NCBI GenBank assembly: GCA_030141605.1
Contig: JAQGDQ010000242.1
Location: 277,279 to 341,278 of the forward strand
Reading direction: 5' to 3'
DNA: 64,000 nt
Source: Tubiluchus corallicola
Taxonomy: Eukaryota > Animalia > Priapulida
Part shown: positions 48,177-63,100 of the stretch, piece by piece
Position numbering within the stretch: the first letter of the stretch is position 1
Layout of the letters: each line of letters starts with the position of its first letter
Notes under the pieces: model-generated
What the model was told of the DNA's origin: nothing
What the model saw: the letters and a program-made list of their open reading frames with translations, nothing else
The model's database searches: none
Made by a program: the position numbers and the translations under genes

Positions 48177-51100
48177 AGGTAGTAGTAGAGGTAGTGGTAG
48201 TGGTAGTGGTGGTGGTGGTGGTGGTGGTGCCGGCGGCGGCGGCGGCGGCGGTGGTGGTAGTTGTAGTTGTAGAAGAAATTTATTGCATTTCTACTTCAGA
48301 AATATTCTGTGTTGACCAGTCCTTATTCATTAATTGATGCGTGTTATTTTAGAGGCAATATCATTTGCCATATTAATAAATAAGGCCAGATTTATGGCTT
48401 CTTGTTATCGTGGTGCGAAATTTCTTTGAAAATGTTGTTTCAATTGTAGGTATTCTCATACGGTTCAAGTGCAAGTGAGACTGCAGTTCTTGACACACAT
48501 TTTCTCCACAGTTGGTTCTCCAGATAGCTTCAGTAAGCATTTGCATTTTACATTTTGTTGTCTTGAGAAACTGAGCTCAGCAAAAAATTTGAATGTGTTG
48601 GTTTATAGCTGTTTCATATGTAAATGCAGTATATGTTTACAAGTGAATATACGTAGTGTATATGTATGTATGTAGTGTGAATTGTTGAGAATTCCACGAG
48701 AGAGTATAGTATTTCGAAAAAGTGACCAGAAAAGGGGCGAACAATCATCATGTTTTGTTTGCTTTAAATGGACCAACATCTTTCACAATTTTTCACGCAT
48801 TTTGGTGTTATTTTTTAGCTAGTTCAGTCTTTCGATTTATGTGACCTTGCCTTTATTTGTTGGCGTTATGTTTGCTTTGCTTGAACTTCTTTGCGAAATT
48901 CTGAGTTTCTGAATTTGATAATTATAGGATTGAGTCAGGAACAAGTCGACATCCTATGGGAATCATTGGCACATAACAAAGAAGGCTCAGATGAACTTCT
49001 TAATTGGTTGCTGAGTCAAGGCAAGAGTAAAGATCAGCATGCCATTGGAATTGACCTTTTCAAACATATTTTTGTTAAAAAGGTGAGACATTCATAGTTT
49101 GTTAATTACATGAGTGTTCTTTTCTTTAGTAGAATTCAGAGTGCTTCGTCATCTCATTGAGCTGAATCTTCACAAATCACTCTTCTTTTCCTTTTGAACA
49201 TTATTTTGTCCGTCATTTCTGTCCTTCTTTTGTACAACTTTTTTTACTTTTAAATTGCTTAAGACCATCGTTTTTGTTCTTTTTTCGTTTATTATTTGGA
49301 CGTGTTTACAACCATTAATTATATGCTGTCATATCGAAATTAAATCATTATTATTAATGTCTATTTTTCTGATTGTTTCTATACATGGTATTTGCATTTC
49401 CAAATAAATTTATTGTTATTAAGTCTAGTTTTATGTGCCAAAATACTCTTTATTTTGCATTTGAAATGCTTTCTAATAAATGGATCTAAATGTTCCTGGT
49501 ATTTCCGAGTTTCCTTGCACCAGTTGTCTTGGTGACTTCAGTGACGACTGTAAAACAAAAACAAGAACTTTTCCTTCTGTCATAATGCTCAATTTATTCT
49601 TTTCTTGAAGGCCAATAAACCAATATGTAATTACATTGTGCATGTTATTGTACCAAATATAACCTGCAGTGTTACATTTTTTGAGAAGTTAATTTGAAAA
49701 TTAACCCCTGTTGTCTTGCAAACGTTGGATAGTTTAATTGTTCCTGAGCTTACAGAACTTGGCTACATCAGCATTTTTTCTTTTTTTTCATAGTTGCCAC
49801 TGCTTGAACCAGAAAAGATGAGCATGATAGGATTAAACCTCTTTCAACAGCTGTTCAGTCTCACACGGATAGCGAGTGATTGTCCAATATCTGAGGACGA
49901 TGCGTGCAGCAGCGGCATGAAACAGCTCTGGGGAATAGCATTAAGAGCTCACAACACGGATGTCAGCATGACTGCTATACAATATCTTAACTCATACTAC
50001 ATCAACGGTAAATAACCGATGTTTCTCTACTGAAGAAAGTAATATTTCTCTTGATGTTGCCTTTAATTGTTCGTGTTGTTTCAACTGTTTACAAATTTGT
50101 CAGTACTTTGCAAATCTCACAGAAATGTGTTTAGAAGGGTGCTTGTAACATTCTTCCACATGCTGTGATCTTACCAGTAGCTGATTCTAGGTGAAGGCTT
50201 GTATTTGCTTAAAAAGTGACTTTCATTGTTATTGAAAGAAGTATGTAATATTAACGCATATTGGAGTGTTGTAGATTTTGCAAAAAGTGCTAAATAAGCA
50301 ATTCCGTGAATAAATTTCGCTTATCTTATAAGCAGCTACTCTTTTGTATATGTATATATGTTTGTATGTATGTATGTATGTATGTATGTATGTATGTATG
50401 TATGTATGTATGTATGTATGTATGTATGTATGGTATGTATGTATGTATGTATATCTTTTGGCACATTCTACAAATTATTAATTGTGTTTTGCCAACATAT
50501 ACCAGCATAGTCTTTATTTACAAAATTTCATTGAGCTGAAGCTTCACAAGCCATTCTTATCTTTTTGAACATTCTTTTATCCGTCACTCTATCCTTGTTT
50601 TCACAACTTTCTTCGTTTTAAACAGCCGAAAACCCCGTTTTTTTTTTTTTTTCAATTATTATTTGGACTTGCTTACAACGGCACAAGTATCTAACAAGTT
50701 TTTACTTCTCGTACTTGCCATTAATTGCATGCATGCTGTCATATCAAATCATTAATATTAACAGTATATTTCTTCTCATTGTTTCTATATATTGTATATT
50801 TGTATTTCCAAGTAAATAAATAATTGATTTCATTACTAATTCCATCGTGTGTGTCCAATAACTACAGGCGTACATAGTAATTAATTTGTTTTTTAGATTG
50901 ACGATTATATTGTGCCATGTAGCTAATCACAATAATATTTCTGTGACATAGGTTCCAGTCATAACCAGATGTTACGTAGTAATGTTTTGCCAAATTATAA
51001 TATAAAATTTCATGAGCTGCAGTTATTAGCTCACTAGTCATCACTTTTCTTTTCATCTAAAACTCTGGGTTTGTCAGCTTAAACGATCATATTTTTCTTG

Positions 51101-54100
51101 TTACAGTTGGTCATGGTACGCTGGAGAAAGAGGAGGAATTCATCCATCGTTGTTTAGAGAGTCTCACCGAAGCTTCGGCCAATCTTGACAAGGTACGACA
51201 TTTGGAGATACTGCTGTTTAATTCGGTCATTTTGCGATTTTATTCAAGCTGCTCGGAGTGGCAAATTATGCTGTTATTAAATAACATTTACTATTATTTT
51301 GATGAATCAAGTTTTTTCATTAATTATAATAGGTAAAAAAGAATTAAAGCCTGTTGCTAGTTGGTACTCATTCGTAGAATCTTGATATGGGGTTTAATTC
51401 ACATCAGTGTAGTTAATGTACATTTGTTTCATATTTGTCTGTAGCATGGACAAGATTTTATAACTGACAGATATGTACATTTATCCTGTTTTGTTTTTTG
51501 CAATTATGTTCAGTTGCTTTAGAAAAGTTTAAAGAGATTATTTTGACAACTTTGCATTGTAAAAATGAAATTTATAATGCTGGTTCATCTGTGTTACAGG
51601 CACAAGAAACAAATTTCCTAATTATACAACGCGGGCTTGTACTGTTGAAGACTCACTTGGAAGTGTTTCGTAAAAGGTATGTCGGTGTCTCATGCAGTGA
51701 TGACCAGGGCCATCTTAATGTACGGGCATGCTGGGCAGTTGCTCGGGGTCGCCACAAGTATAAGCGTCCCTTGCTAAATTGGTTTGCCAATGGAGTATCG
51801 TTTATACATCAAAATTTTTGTGTTGTTCAAGGCTCGTGTTGTATTGGTCAGATGTTTGTGTTGATTAATCTTTGCTGTACAGCATGTTATTTTTGATATT
51901 TAAACACGATTTTGTTGGAAGTACCTATGCAATAGATATATTTTTGATTTTATCGACCATTTACATTTTGATTCCTGTGAGTGGTTATGTATGTAGGAGC
52001 CCCAGTGCACTGCTTTGTGTATTAATTAATAATAAAACTAATTAATAAGTATTAAAACACTGCTAATAGCAAATGCTTCCGGTTCAAAACTATAAACTAG
52101 TGTGTACAAAACTAACTAGAAATGCTCACTTATGTACATAGATACGGTAGACACATAATACAATATACAGGGACAATATAAATAAAGTACATAATAAACG
52201 CAAGACGAAGTTTACATTAATTTATTACAATATACATATAATACATAACACAATACATAGTCATAATATGATAAGTAAAATGCATAATAACATAAAACAA
52301 AATTTACTCAAATTTCACAATATACATTACTTTCATACCACCTGTATTGAAGTGTTTTAATAACTATTACCATCTCTATTGTATCTAAGACGGCCCTGGT
52401 GATGACACTGATGTCAGTTGTATTATTGCTGATGACAGTTTAGTGTTAACATTGTAATTTAGCATTAATAGTGCAGCAAACTCAATACACCATTATCAGT
52501 ACAGCCAAAGAACCTCAAATTTTGCGTTTGATCGTTGTAACTTATTAATATGAACATCGTTTGACTTACGTTTTTGTTTATTGCTTCAGATATGCATATC
52601 GTTTACGTGAGTGGGCTTTAGACGGCCGCGGAATTACCAGTCATCAGAAGAACATTCTTGAGAAAGATGCTGTCCCAGTTCGTTTATACCTTCAGCCTGC
52701 CGGGTCAAATGAAAAGGTTCGTTAATCACAAATCTTGCTAAATAGACGATGTGTTTGTTGTCTTAAAAAATAACAAATGCTTTCTAGTATCAAAATAATT
52801 TTCTAGAGTTACGTAAGTGTTCTTTTTTAACTTAAATTTAACAATGTTTGTGTTTACAATAGCCAAATTATTCTGCATAATTAGTCATAATAATAATATT
52901 CGTTAACTTATTACAGAAAGCTTTAGACATGTTAAGTGCCGACATGATAGGAACTCTGAGAGCCGAAGTCGTGCGATGGTGGAGTCAGGTAATTGTGAAA
53001 TAATCATATTAGTTTGTGCAACTGATATACCCTAATGGATAACATGTCTGTTTTCCATCGGAGAGCTATGGGTTCAATACTGTGATCTGGTTATACCAAA
53101 TACATTAACAGCAGGCATTTGTAATTATCAGGGTAAAAGTGGGTAATGGTGATATTGGATGTTCACATTTTATCGTTTGCAGTCTGGTAGCAAGTCTTGG
53201 TTTTAGATTGAAACATATCTCTGTTGATGAATGTAAGAGTATTAAATAAATTGAAGATGCAGCTTGGTGCTAAAGTCTTAGTGTTTATGTATGAATGAGA
53301 AACTCTTATAGAGTAGTTGCTCAACACTTTTAAAAGAAGACAGGATGATTTTTTATGTACTGCCCAATTTTCAAGTCGGATAAAAAGTATACGTTTTGAC
53401 AATTAATACTACAAAAGCGTTTCTAATAGTTAAATAATAGATTAAAAATTTAATTTATAGCGGGCAACTACAAGTATTGATGACATCACAAACTAGCATA
53501 ATTTTTAACAACAAAAATATTTCATGAGCTTGTTACACGTGTTTGGGAAAGCGAAAATTGAAGTACATTGCTACTGTAAGATATTCAGTGTGTTGTACTA
53601 AAACTGGGCAAGTTTTAAGATAAAAATTCAAATTTCATATTTGCCGCTATGCTCACACACGAGCTATTGAATGTGTGTAGTTCGTCACAAACTAACACAT
53701 CTGCGCTGAGAGATACACCACCTTTTTTTGTGCAACACGTTTCCAAGATACAGGCACTAGTGCCCGTCTAACTAGCGAATGGCGAAATGCATGTAACAGC
53801 AAAGAACTAGTGGCGCGAACGTGAAATTGTGTTTGTGTGGTAATAATTCTTTCAAGTAAGTCATTTTTGAAAAAATTATATGTTTCCTTTCAATATTTTG
53901 AAGAGTAGATTATTTTGACCTACAGTTTAGGGTCGCGTCCGGTTTTGCTTTAATCTTTCACCAATGTATTTTAATACAAATAATAATGCACATTTTTGTA
54001 CATTTAGAAACAGCAGCAGCAGCCTAAGCAGGTATCTTCAACTGGCGCTCGTGGTAGCATTACTACTGGGACAACGTCCACGTCTATGTTACTCACTCCT

Positions 54101-57100
54101 ATTTTAGGTGCTATGCTGGCCGACGGACCTGTGCGTATGATCACTCACGGCCAGGAACTAACCGTCGATATCGACGAGAAATCTTTGTCGGAAATGCAGT
54201 TCAAAGAAAATCAAGTATGGTTGTACTTTAGAGGAAATTAAAATTTCAATTTTTTATGGTTTTCAAGTTGCATTTGCTTGTATTAAGCTCATTACTGGCC
54301 AGGTATTTTGTTCTCAAGCTATAAAGTTAGAGAATTTGTCTTTTGAGCATCAAAACTAATTTCAGATCATATTTGTATCTGTGGGCGCATCAAGGCAACA
54401 GAAGAAGCGAGACGGTCTTTGTCCTGGTTCTTTACTGCCTGCACCACCACAGGAAAGATTACCCATGTTGCTGCTGCTAGAAGAACAACATTTTGATGAG
54501 TTATTTAGTCTTATGCAACTACTTAGTAGTTACGAGGTTTGTAAACTCTAAACCTTGGTTAATTATTTTTTTATTTTTTATTCAAGATTGTAGTACCATT
54601 CCGTTGCTTTGTTGAAATAGATTTACTTTGCTTTGCATGACACTCCTGATTACAAGACATTCTTGCGACTGCAAATAGTGTAATTACATGTTTCATTGTT
54701 GTGCCAGATTAACTTGCTGGCCAATGAGAAATTTCATTTTTTAAACAATATTCGTTAATTTTGTTACAATGAGTATCTGCAGGTAAAAACGGATCTATTA
54801 AGAGAGGTTCTTAAGCTCTGTAATGATCACATTCTTGTTTCAAGATCGTTTCTGGGTTTTGTGCGTTTTCAGTGAATTTATCAAGTGCTTTATACTGTTT
54901 TGTTCAGTAAATGAAGCATTTTTCATGGGGTACCGGCAGTTTTTTCTCAAGTTGTTATATTATTTATCTTCTTAAACAAAAGTAGCCAGCATTTTTAAAT
55001 AGCTAATGAAATATCCAACTGGAATATATTATTTATGCAAATGGAGGACAAACTTTTTCTGCGCATATGATATTTTTAAAAAAAAATTGTGTAAAATTTC
55101 CCATAGGAGCAAACTATAGCTTAGCTAGAGCAATAGGTTGCCCTGGTGTTTGTGACACGCAGTCATTATATTCATTGTCCTGTTGTAGCTTCTAACATCA
55201 CACTGCCGGAATTGGCATTGCTAACGTTGGTGTTGCTATGGTGACTGAGCAACTTTGCCATCTATGGCGAGTTGAAAAAACAACGCGTGTGTGTAATTTC
55301 ACTACTCGCAGTCGTGTGTAAAGAACTCTTATCTATTTTGTATTTTTGTTTGATGTACATGTATTTGCTTTTGAATGTTTTTCTTAGAATGGACCGCGAG
55401 GTCAGGTGCTGTCTCGTAAGGTGTGGGAGTTGCTGATGATCCTGCCTACGTCTCCGCACAAGTTGCAAGGATTTCAGGGTTTACGGCAAGGACAGAAGGT
55501 TGACTGGAATCACTTGTTGAATCCGCAGTCTCCGCATCGTCTCATTTACTCGTTACAAATTGTGGAGGCTTTGGGCCAGCCGGAAGTTGCCAAGAAGAAT
55601 TACCTGAAGCAGGTAATCGAAGTGGTTCAATAGTAATTTCTCTTAATTTTCTGATTAATAATGCTTTAGGTAATACTAAGACCATGATGGTAAAGTTTTA
55701 GCATTTATTGCACAGTACACATGTATATGTAGTCATACAGTAACTAAATTGAAAGACATAAGACTTTTCAGTAGAGCTCTTCAGTGTCTACTTATGCAAT
55801 TATTTCAAAATATTAGGCAAAAGCACAAAACTACAATTGTTGTTGAAGAGCAGCCATGTTTGTTACTGAATAAAATTATTACTAGATTCAGTAACCAAAA
55901 CAGAGATAAGTTTGTAAGACGTTTTTTTTTGTCTCGAATTGGATATTTAAAATTTATGATTAATGCTTCCAAAATGTTAAGATGAATATCTGATCTGCAC
56001 TTGTATATAATTTTTAAATTTGCATCATTGTAATTATCTGGACATGATTGGATGCTGTGTAGATGCTGGGCTATGGCAGATGTGGCTTCGTCTTGGTTTG
56101 TACCTGAATTACCTGTGCACTGTGCAATAAATGCTGAAACTTTACCATCATGGTCTTAGTATTATTTAAAGCATTATTGAAATTCTGTATCTCGAAGAAC
56201 CTATGAATTTATTAAAACGTCCAAGTTATTAAGTATTTTCTTCCCGTTCTTCTTTTTTCTTTGCATCATCATAATTACATTCGCTATACATCAGCATTAG
56301 CAGTTTTACCAATGCTACTGTTGTTATCCCTAAACTACTTTACAATAATTGTTTGCAAGGGTAGAGTTATTAATTACAGATATTTCAATATTAGCTTCTA
56401 ATATCACTTTGAAATATTTTTGTTCTTATCTAAAACATTGAAGTTATATAATTTTTTGCAATTTCCAGCTTGCTGCTGGAGATGGCGATGCTGTCACTCA
56501 GAAAATGGAGGCAGAGGATACTGGAACAAAATGGCAAAAAGTGGTAAGTTTTGTATGCTTATGTAATGTTCTCCAAGTGTGGCTTGAAATGGTTTTAGGA
56601 ATATTTGTATTGTTTTTATTTTTATGCTTTGATATGTAAAAACTAAATCTCATATCTAAATAATAACTATAGCTCTTATGTAGCAGAAAGCAGATGCTGT
56701 TTAGTAGTGAAACTGTGTTTTCTGTTCTAGTTTATAGAGGGCGGCGGTCTCAAGCACATGTTTACGATATTCATGTCTGGTGTTCTACAGGCGGGTGGCG
56801 GCACTTGGAATGAGGTACGATTTCCAGAATTTAACATAATAACTGATCTATTAAAAGAGACAAAATACGTTGCTTCTCATCTTATCTATGCCAAATGGTT
56901 TTAAATGATGTAATTATAGTTTATGAAGATTTGGTTTTATTCTTACGTGTTGAAGATGAATTTGATGATGGACATCTTTTACTGTTGTGATGTAATGTAA
57001 TTGTTTTTCCCTTGACTAAAAGAAGAATGAAGGATTGTCTAGAAGTATCATTAAATAAACAAATTAACTAACTGTGGTAATATTAGACAAACAGTATTGT

Positions 57101-60100
57101 AAGTAAGTAAGTAAGTAAGTAAGCAATTTATTGTTATGGCATAATACATACAGTGAAATTTATGTAGTTTTACGTACTGCAATAACTTATAGAAACAGCA
57201 GGAAGATTAACACAAATAATTCAATCAGTTGTACAGTGACATAGAGAATTAATATTGGAGATTTACTGAAATTTACTGTTGATGCTGCGAATTGCAACGG
57301 GATAGAAAGAATTTAAAGTTCTCGTGGTTTTAGAGTTAATTTAGCCGTAGCTCGTATTATCCCAGAGAGGAGCATTTCAAAGTATTTATTATTTGGATGA
57401 AATTCATCTTTTATGATCACTTTCGCTCTCTTTGTGACCCTAGTTTTATACAAATATATATATATTGGGTATATATTTTAGAAATGTACGGTTAGCCTTG
57501 TTTGATTGTAAAAGATAAATGAACATATTGGAAAGTTTCATATTCTACAGTTTTTCATACTTATTGATAAAGAAAAGGGTGTGTTTCTTTTAAGTGTGTA
57601 AAGTCTGTCGTGCCAAAATCTTTGTTTTCAATTGTAGTGGGATCAAGATTGCCTCGCTTACATGCTGAAAATGATTTGCGAGTTTGGCGTGATGCCAGAA
57701 GATCTAGAGGCCTGCGGAGGAGAGCTGTTTCAACAATACGAGATGCCCCGTGTGCACGACACACCACGAAAGTGTCTGAAGCGAGGTCGCAAAGACAGTC
57801 AAGAACGACTCGTGATTCCACGGCTTAGTCAGGTGAGATAATCACTCATCTTATGTATTATTATCAGGTGAGATAATCCCTCATCTTATGTATTATTATC
57901 AGGTGAGATAACCACTCATCTTATGTATTATTATCAGGTGAGATAATCCATCATCTTATGTATTATTATCAGGTGAGATAATCACTCATCTTATGTATTA
58001 TTATTAGGTGAGATAACCACTCATCTTATGTATTATTATCAGGTGAGATAATCACTCATCTTAGGTATTATTATCAGGTGAGATAATTGTATACTGTGTA
58101 AATTTTTATTGAATCAAAACGAGTGAGATTATCCTGTGCATTTAAAGAAATTTACTGCATCCAGGTATGATAATTTAAAACGAGCACGTTATAAAACTAC
58201 AAACGTTAATTTATCATAGTTCAACATGTATACAATAAAAAGAATGTTTATCTCTACTTAAACTTATTAACTAACCATAGTTAATTACATCGACTTTATC
58301 TTTTTAGCCCGTACTAGCAATGATGGATGAAGATGCAGTCCTCAAAGTAGTTCTCTCTATTTTGGGTGATGCTGCGAGTCCTAGCGACCCAAACCAGTAC
58401 CAATTAGGAATCTGGGGAAAGGCTCAAGGTACTCTTCCCTATATATCTATGGCACGTTTTGCAATTTTTTTTGGCACTTTTCATTTTTGTGATTGTAGTT
58501 CGTGTTTCTGGTAACGAATTAATTCTAAAAAGTGGAAATATTTTGCAGTTGTGCATTACGCCATGACGGTTCTGGTTTCCTGGGCTTACTCTACAGACAG
58601 CATAAAGCCTAAGCTGTGCTGTGCTTTCAGCAACGATAATCAGTGTTTGAAAAAGCTGGTACTTGATGCTCCCGATGTAAGTTTATTCTTAGATTTTTGC
58701 AGTATTTTGAATGTGGGAAGTTCGTTCATTGGATTTTTTTAATTTACTTTTTACATGTGTTCACAGTTGACATTTGTTTGAGTGTGGAGATTACATTATA
58801 CAGAATCAGTACAGAATTAGTTACACATACAACAGGAAGTAGTGCAATCACACTCTTGAATTGTTTTTTAACTTGCCCCAATTTTGGCAGACAAAAAATT
58901 GCTCAGTCGTCAACTGTTTATGTCCTGCATTTGCATAAATCACATATTCCTTTTGGAGGTTTCATTAGGTGTTTGAAGATGTTGGCTGTTTTTGTTTAGG
59001 TGGGCAAATACTTTAATTACTTGAAAAAAATCTACCAGCAACCGATGAAAAATGCTTTATTTACTAAACAAAACAGCACAAAATGCTTAATAAATTTACC
59101 AAAAACACGCCAAACCGAAAAATGTGATCATTTCAAAGTTTAAGAACCTTTCTTAACAGATCTGTTGGCTGTTCTTACCTGCAAATACTCATTGTAACAA
59201 AATTAACGAATATTACAGTGAAATTTCTCAATGGCCAGCAAGTTAGTCAGGCACAACAATGAAACTTGTGATTGTACTATTTGCACTCGCATAATGTGTT
59301 ATATGCTAGTATATCTAATAACCATTACCACTTAAAGGAGTTGGAGTACCTACTAAGGTTAGATAAGCCATTCTAATAATTTGTGTTGCTAAAAAGTGGT
59401 TCCAGTATCTAAATCAATCTTTCTTTATTGTTGCAGTTGTTTTTTTACATTAACAGCAATGATATGTAGCCCCAAATTATAGATCATGCAAGTGCATCTG
59501 TGCCATTTTTATAGTGCGTTGTGTGTACATCTGTACATAGTACGTTGTGTGTACATCTGTACAAAAACTTTATTGTTATTAGCGATATTCGAGTGAGAGG
59601 TTTTTTCTTCATTATCTGGATTTGATAACAATTCATGTGCAAGTGAATGTTACAGATGTCAGTAGCTGTTGCTGCTGATGTTATATTAGAAATATTTATT
59701 AATTAATTAATTATTTAACAATTAAAGGCAGTTTTCAATATTTGTAATTCACATTTTCATCATTTAGTAAATTTTCATTGATTTTTTAACTTATTTTGTT
59801 ATTTTCATAGAAAAAATTAAAAATTGGCTAATACTTACAATTTCAATTACACATGATAAGAACTTGAAGCACAAAAAACCCTCCACTTACGTCAAGCTAA
59901 AAAAATTTGTGTTGGAATTTTATGCCTCTTACAAACTGCCTTTTTGCATACAGGACTTGCATCGGCAGTAATGCTGTATAAAACGTGTAAATATAAACTC
60001 CCGTAATGGCCGTTAGATGCAAAATTTTGACGATAAGTCATTTAAAACAAGTTTAGATAACATTCTGTAAAGTTTGGAAAAATAATCAGAGCATTTGTAG

Positions 60101-63100
60101 CACACATGTCACTTAACTAAGTAGAATTTTAAATTACTGTATCTTGTCAATAAGATTAAAAACACGTGAGTGGTGCACCCTGGAGAGTAAGTCAGCGACA
60201 TTTTACCACTTGATGAAAACATTTTAAATAATTAATAATTTTCTTTTCTAATTACAAAAGTCTTTCAAGCAGGTAAGTGAAATGCTAAGTAACAACTTTG
60301 CATGGAAAGTTTTTTGGGACATAGTTTAACATTTCCTTTTGTTCCCTTGATTTCCATTGCTCGTATGTTACGTCACGTGAGAGCACGTTTCCGTCACGGC
60401 GCTGTCGGAACAGTGTCGTGGGGAATTTAATATGCAAACAAACAAAAAATCCTTTCAACGCAAGTATGATTAAAATGCTATAAAGTAATGTAATTCTTCA
60501 AGGCGATTTTTCTGAAACCTACCTCTTTTCTTGTCCATTAGCAAAGAGGAAATTAGCCAACAAAAGCAATACTCAAATTGATCAGTTAACAATTAGAATA
60601 ATTTGAAACAATCATACAAAAATTATTGACTAGCTTAGTGTCCTGGTGACAGAAAATGTTTAACAGAGAGTTTTTGTCTATATCATTAATAACAGTCGTG
60701 TTTCTGACAAAAGCAATTTTTTCACAATGAATGTTATACATTAGCACCTAGGTTATAGTGTACGTGTGTTGATTACATTCATTTACATGTCATGCTTAAT
60801 TCGGCACAGTTTCAGCGCATGCCACTCATCCTGTTAAATTTAGATATCAATATTACCCTTTTAATGTATTTCATTTGGCGTGTTTTCATCTTGTACAGTT
60901 TTAGTTATATTGCATAAATGTGTACCATTTATTGTACATTCAAAAAATAATGTTCAGATCTCTAATGGCATTATTTCTTGTTTCGTGTTACTAACTTTAG
61001 TTTGCATTGACAGCCGACAGTTCGTCGTGAAGCGTGCGCAGGTCTGTACCGTCTCTGTCTCGGCATCACTGTTGATGGCGCCAGTGGTGAATTCTTTATA
61101 CTACCTTTATTGTCTAGTCTGTTGGCGTGTTTGGACGATGCGATTGCGATGAGGCCGCAACAAACTGATGTAAGTGCAGAGATTTGAATTAAAGGAAACG
61201 CCAAATCTCTCAGGAATTTGAGCTTATTTTAATATTTGAAAAAAATGTTAGAAAGATTCAGCAATGAAATTGTGATAAGTGCCTCATGTAATTAGTAAAA
61301 TCATTTTAAAGTTGCGATCACTTCACTCTTGGGCAAGCTCATTTTGAATGAAAAATGGCTTCATCCGGTTACCGTGCAATGTAAGCTCTTATTCTGCCAG
61401 GCGCTTCAGCAATATTTTTTCAACTTATAGGATGACCTCTGTAAATTAAGTAACCCGCCCACACCTCACAGGCTTGCATGCATACCTGAAAGTCATCAAA
61501 AATCTGTAAATTAGTTATTTACACAATTAATGTACACTACTTACACATTTTAAGATATAATCCTGTGGATTAAAGCTATGTTATCGCTTTAAATTTGCTC
61601 ATAATTGACCAAATGACTAATTTTTACATAACCACAGTTAAATACAATGCTAAAATAACTGAACTTCTGACTGAACTGCTGAAATTTTGCAATGTGTACC
61701 TTCTCAGTTTGACCAAGAGGCACCAGCTTACGTCATTTTTTTCAAGTATGCCTGCAGTGACGTTCATTTGGTGGGAGATAAGAAATATTTAACTTTCTTG
61801 TACATTTTTAAGCAAAGCATTTTACGTGCATTTATTATGTGGTGATACATTAAAACATGTTGTTCGAAGATTGTTTTTTTCTTTAAAGTGTTTCTTTTAT
61901 TTGATGATTAGCTTTGTGATGGTTTGTAATTTTTTTCTTGTTTTTATTGCTAATTCTGACGTAATACTGGCACACAATATTAGTTTTAACAAGCATTATG
62001 CAGGTTTTCAGTAAAGCATTGATAGATTATATTCAAAGTTCAAAATGAACAATTCCACATGTTTCAGATAGGCCTAAAGTTTTTATAACATTTATGAACT
62101 GATTATTAATTAGAAATCATTATTAATAAATTATTAGTTTTTTCTATGATCAAGAAGTAAAGTTTTTGTATAACAAAGTGCAACAGTTTTTTTTTGTCTG
62201 TTTCTAATTACTATTGTAAAATTTTTGGGTGTCAAAGTCATTAATTTTTGTTGTACCCTATTGTAATGTTTTACACAGAGCAATTTAGACATTTTGTTGG
62301 AATCAAAGGACCAAGAGCCATACGGACCTGGTTGCAAAGATTTCTTCTGGTTGCTATGTCGGCTCGTTGAGACTCTTGGACCGGACTTGGCCACAAAGCT
62401 GAAGGATCCTTCGTCAGATGAGGTGAGACATCCTCCTTATTTCTAATTTACTAATTTAGGCTTAAGGAACCGATAAAATTCTTAATTCTTATCAAGTAGA
62501 GCCTGAAGCTGAGTCAGTTCCTACAACATCACCTGAGTCACACAGTAAGTCAACTAGCTCGGCTGAGGTTGACTAACTTTTCAGCTGAGTTGGCTTAAAA
62601 AATCAGATAAGGCAGCTAAAGCTGCAAATTTTTGTTAAGTAAATAAATGATAAATAGTTATTCAACTGTTAAATTCTGGAGACAATTTTTTGAAATAATT
62701 TGTGTTGCTTATACGCGGAAAAAAGTTGATGTGCAAATTCAAATAATACATTAGAGATCAATCTGTTATTATTATAAAAAAAGTGATGGATTTGTTGCAA
62801 AAATAATATAAACCCAATTCTTGACACCGCTTATCTTGATTACCGATGAATCAATACCAAAACACTAAAATGATCTCATACATGTAACTAATGTTGCCTA
62901 TTTGGGTTTAATTTTGAAATGACCAGCTTTTTCGTTCAAAAAAACAACTACTGATTTACATGATTATCGCAAGAGCGAAAATCTTCGCAGCCGGCAAAAA
63001 TGTCGGCTAGCTCGATTCCCATCACTGAGCGGCTGGCGCGTTTAAAGCTGAGTTTCTTATCGGCTAAGTCGACTGTAGAAATAAACCAGCTGGAGCTCAG

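Noticed and set aside
47893-48337. Poly-Val and Gly/Ser-rich ORFs
   Set aside because: Intronic compound microsatellite.
53045-53150. Possible tRNA-SINE remnant (GGGTTCAATAC...GGTTATACCAAATAC)
   Set aside because: Too short and degenerate to support without a profile search.
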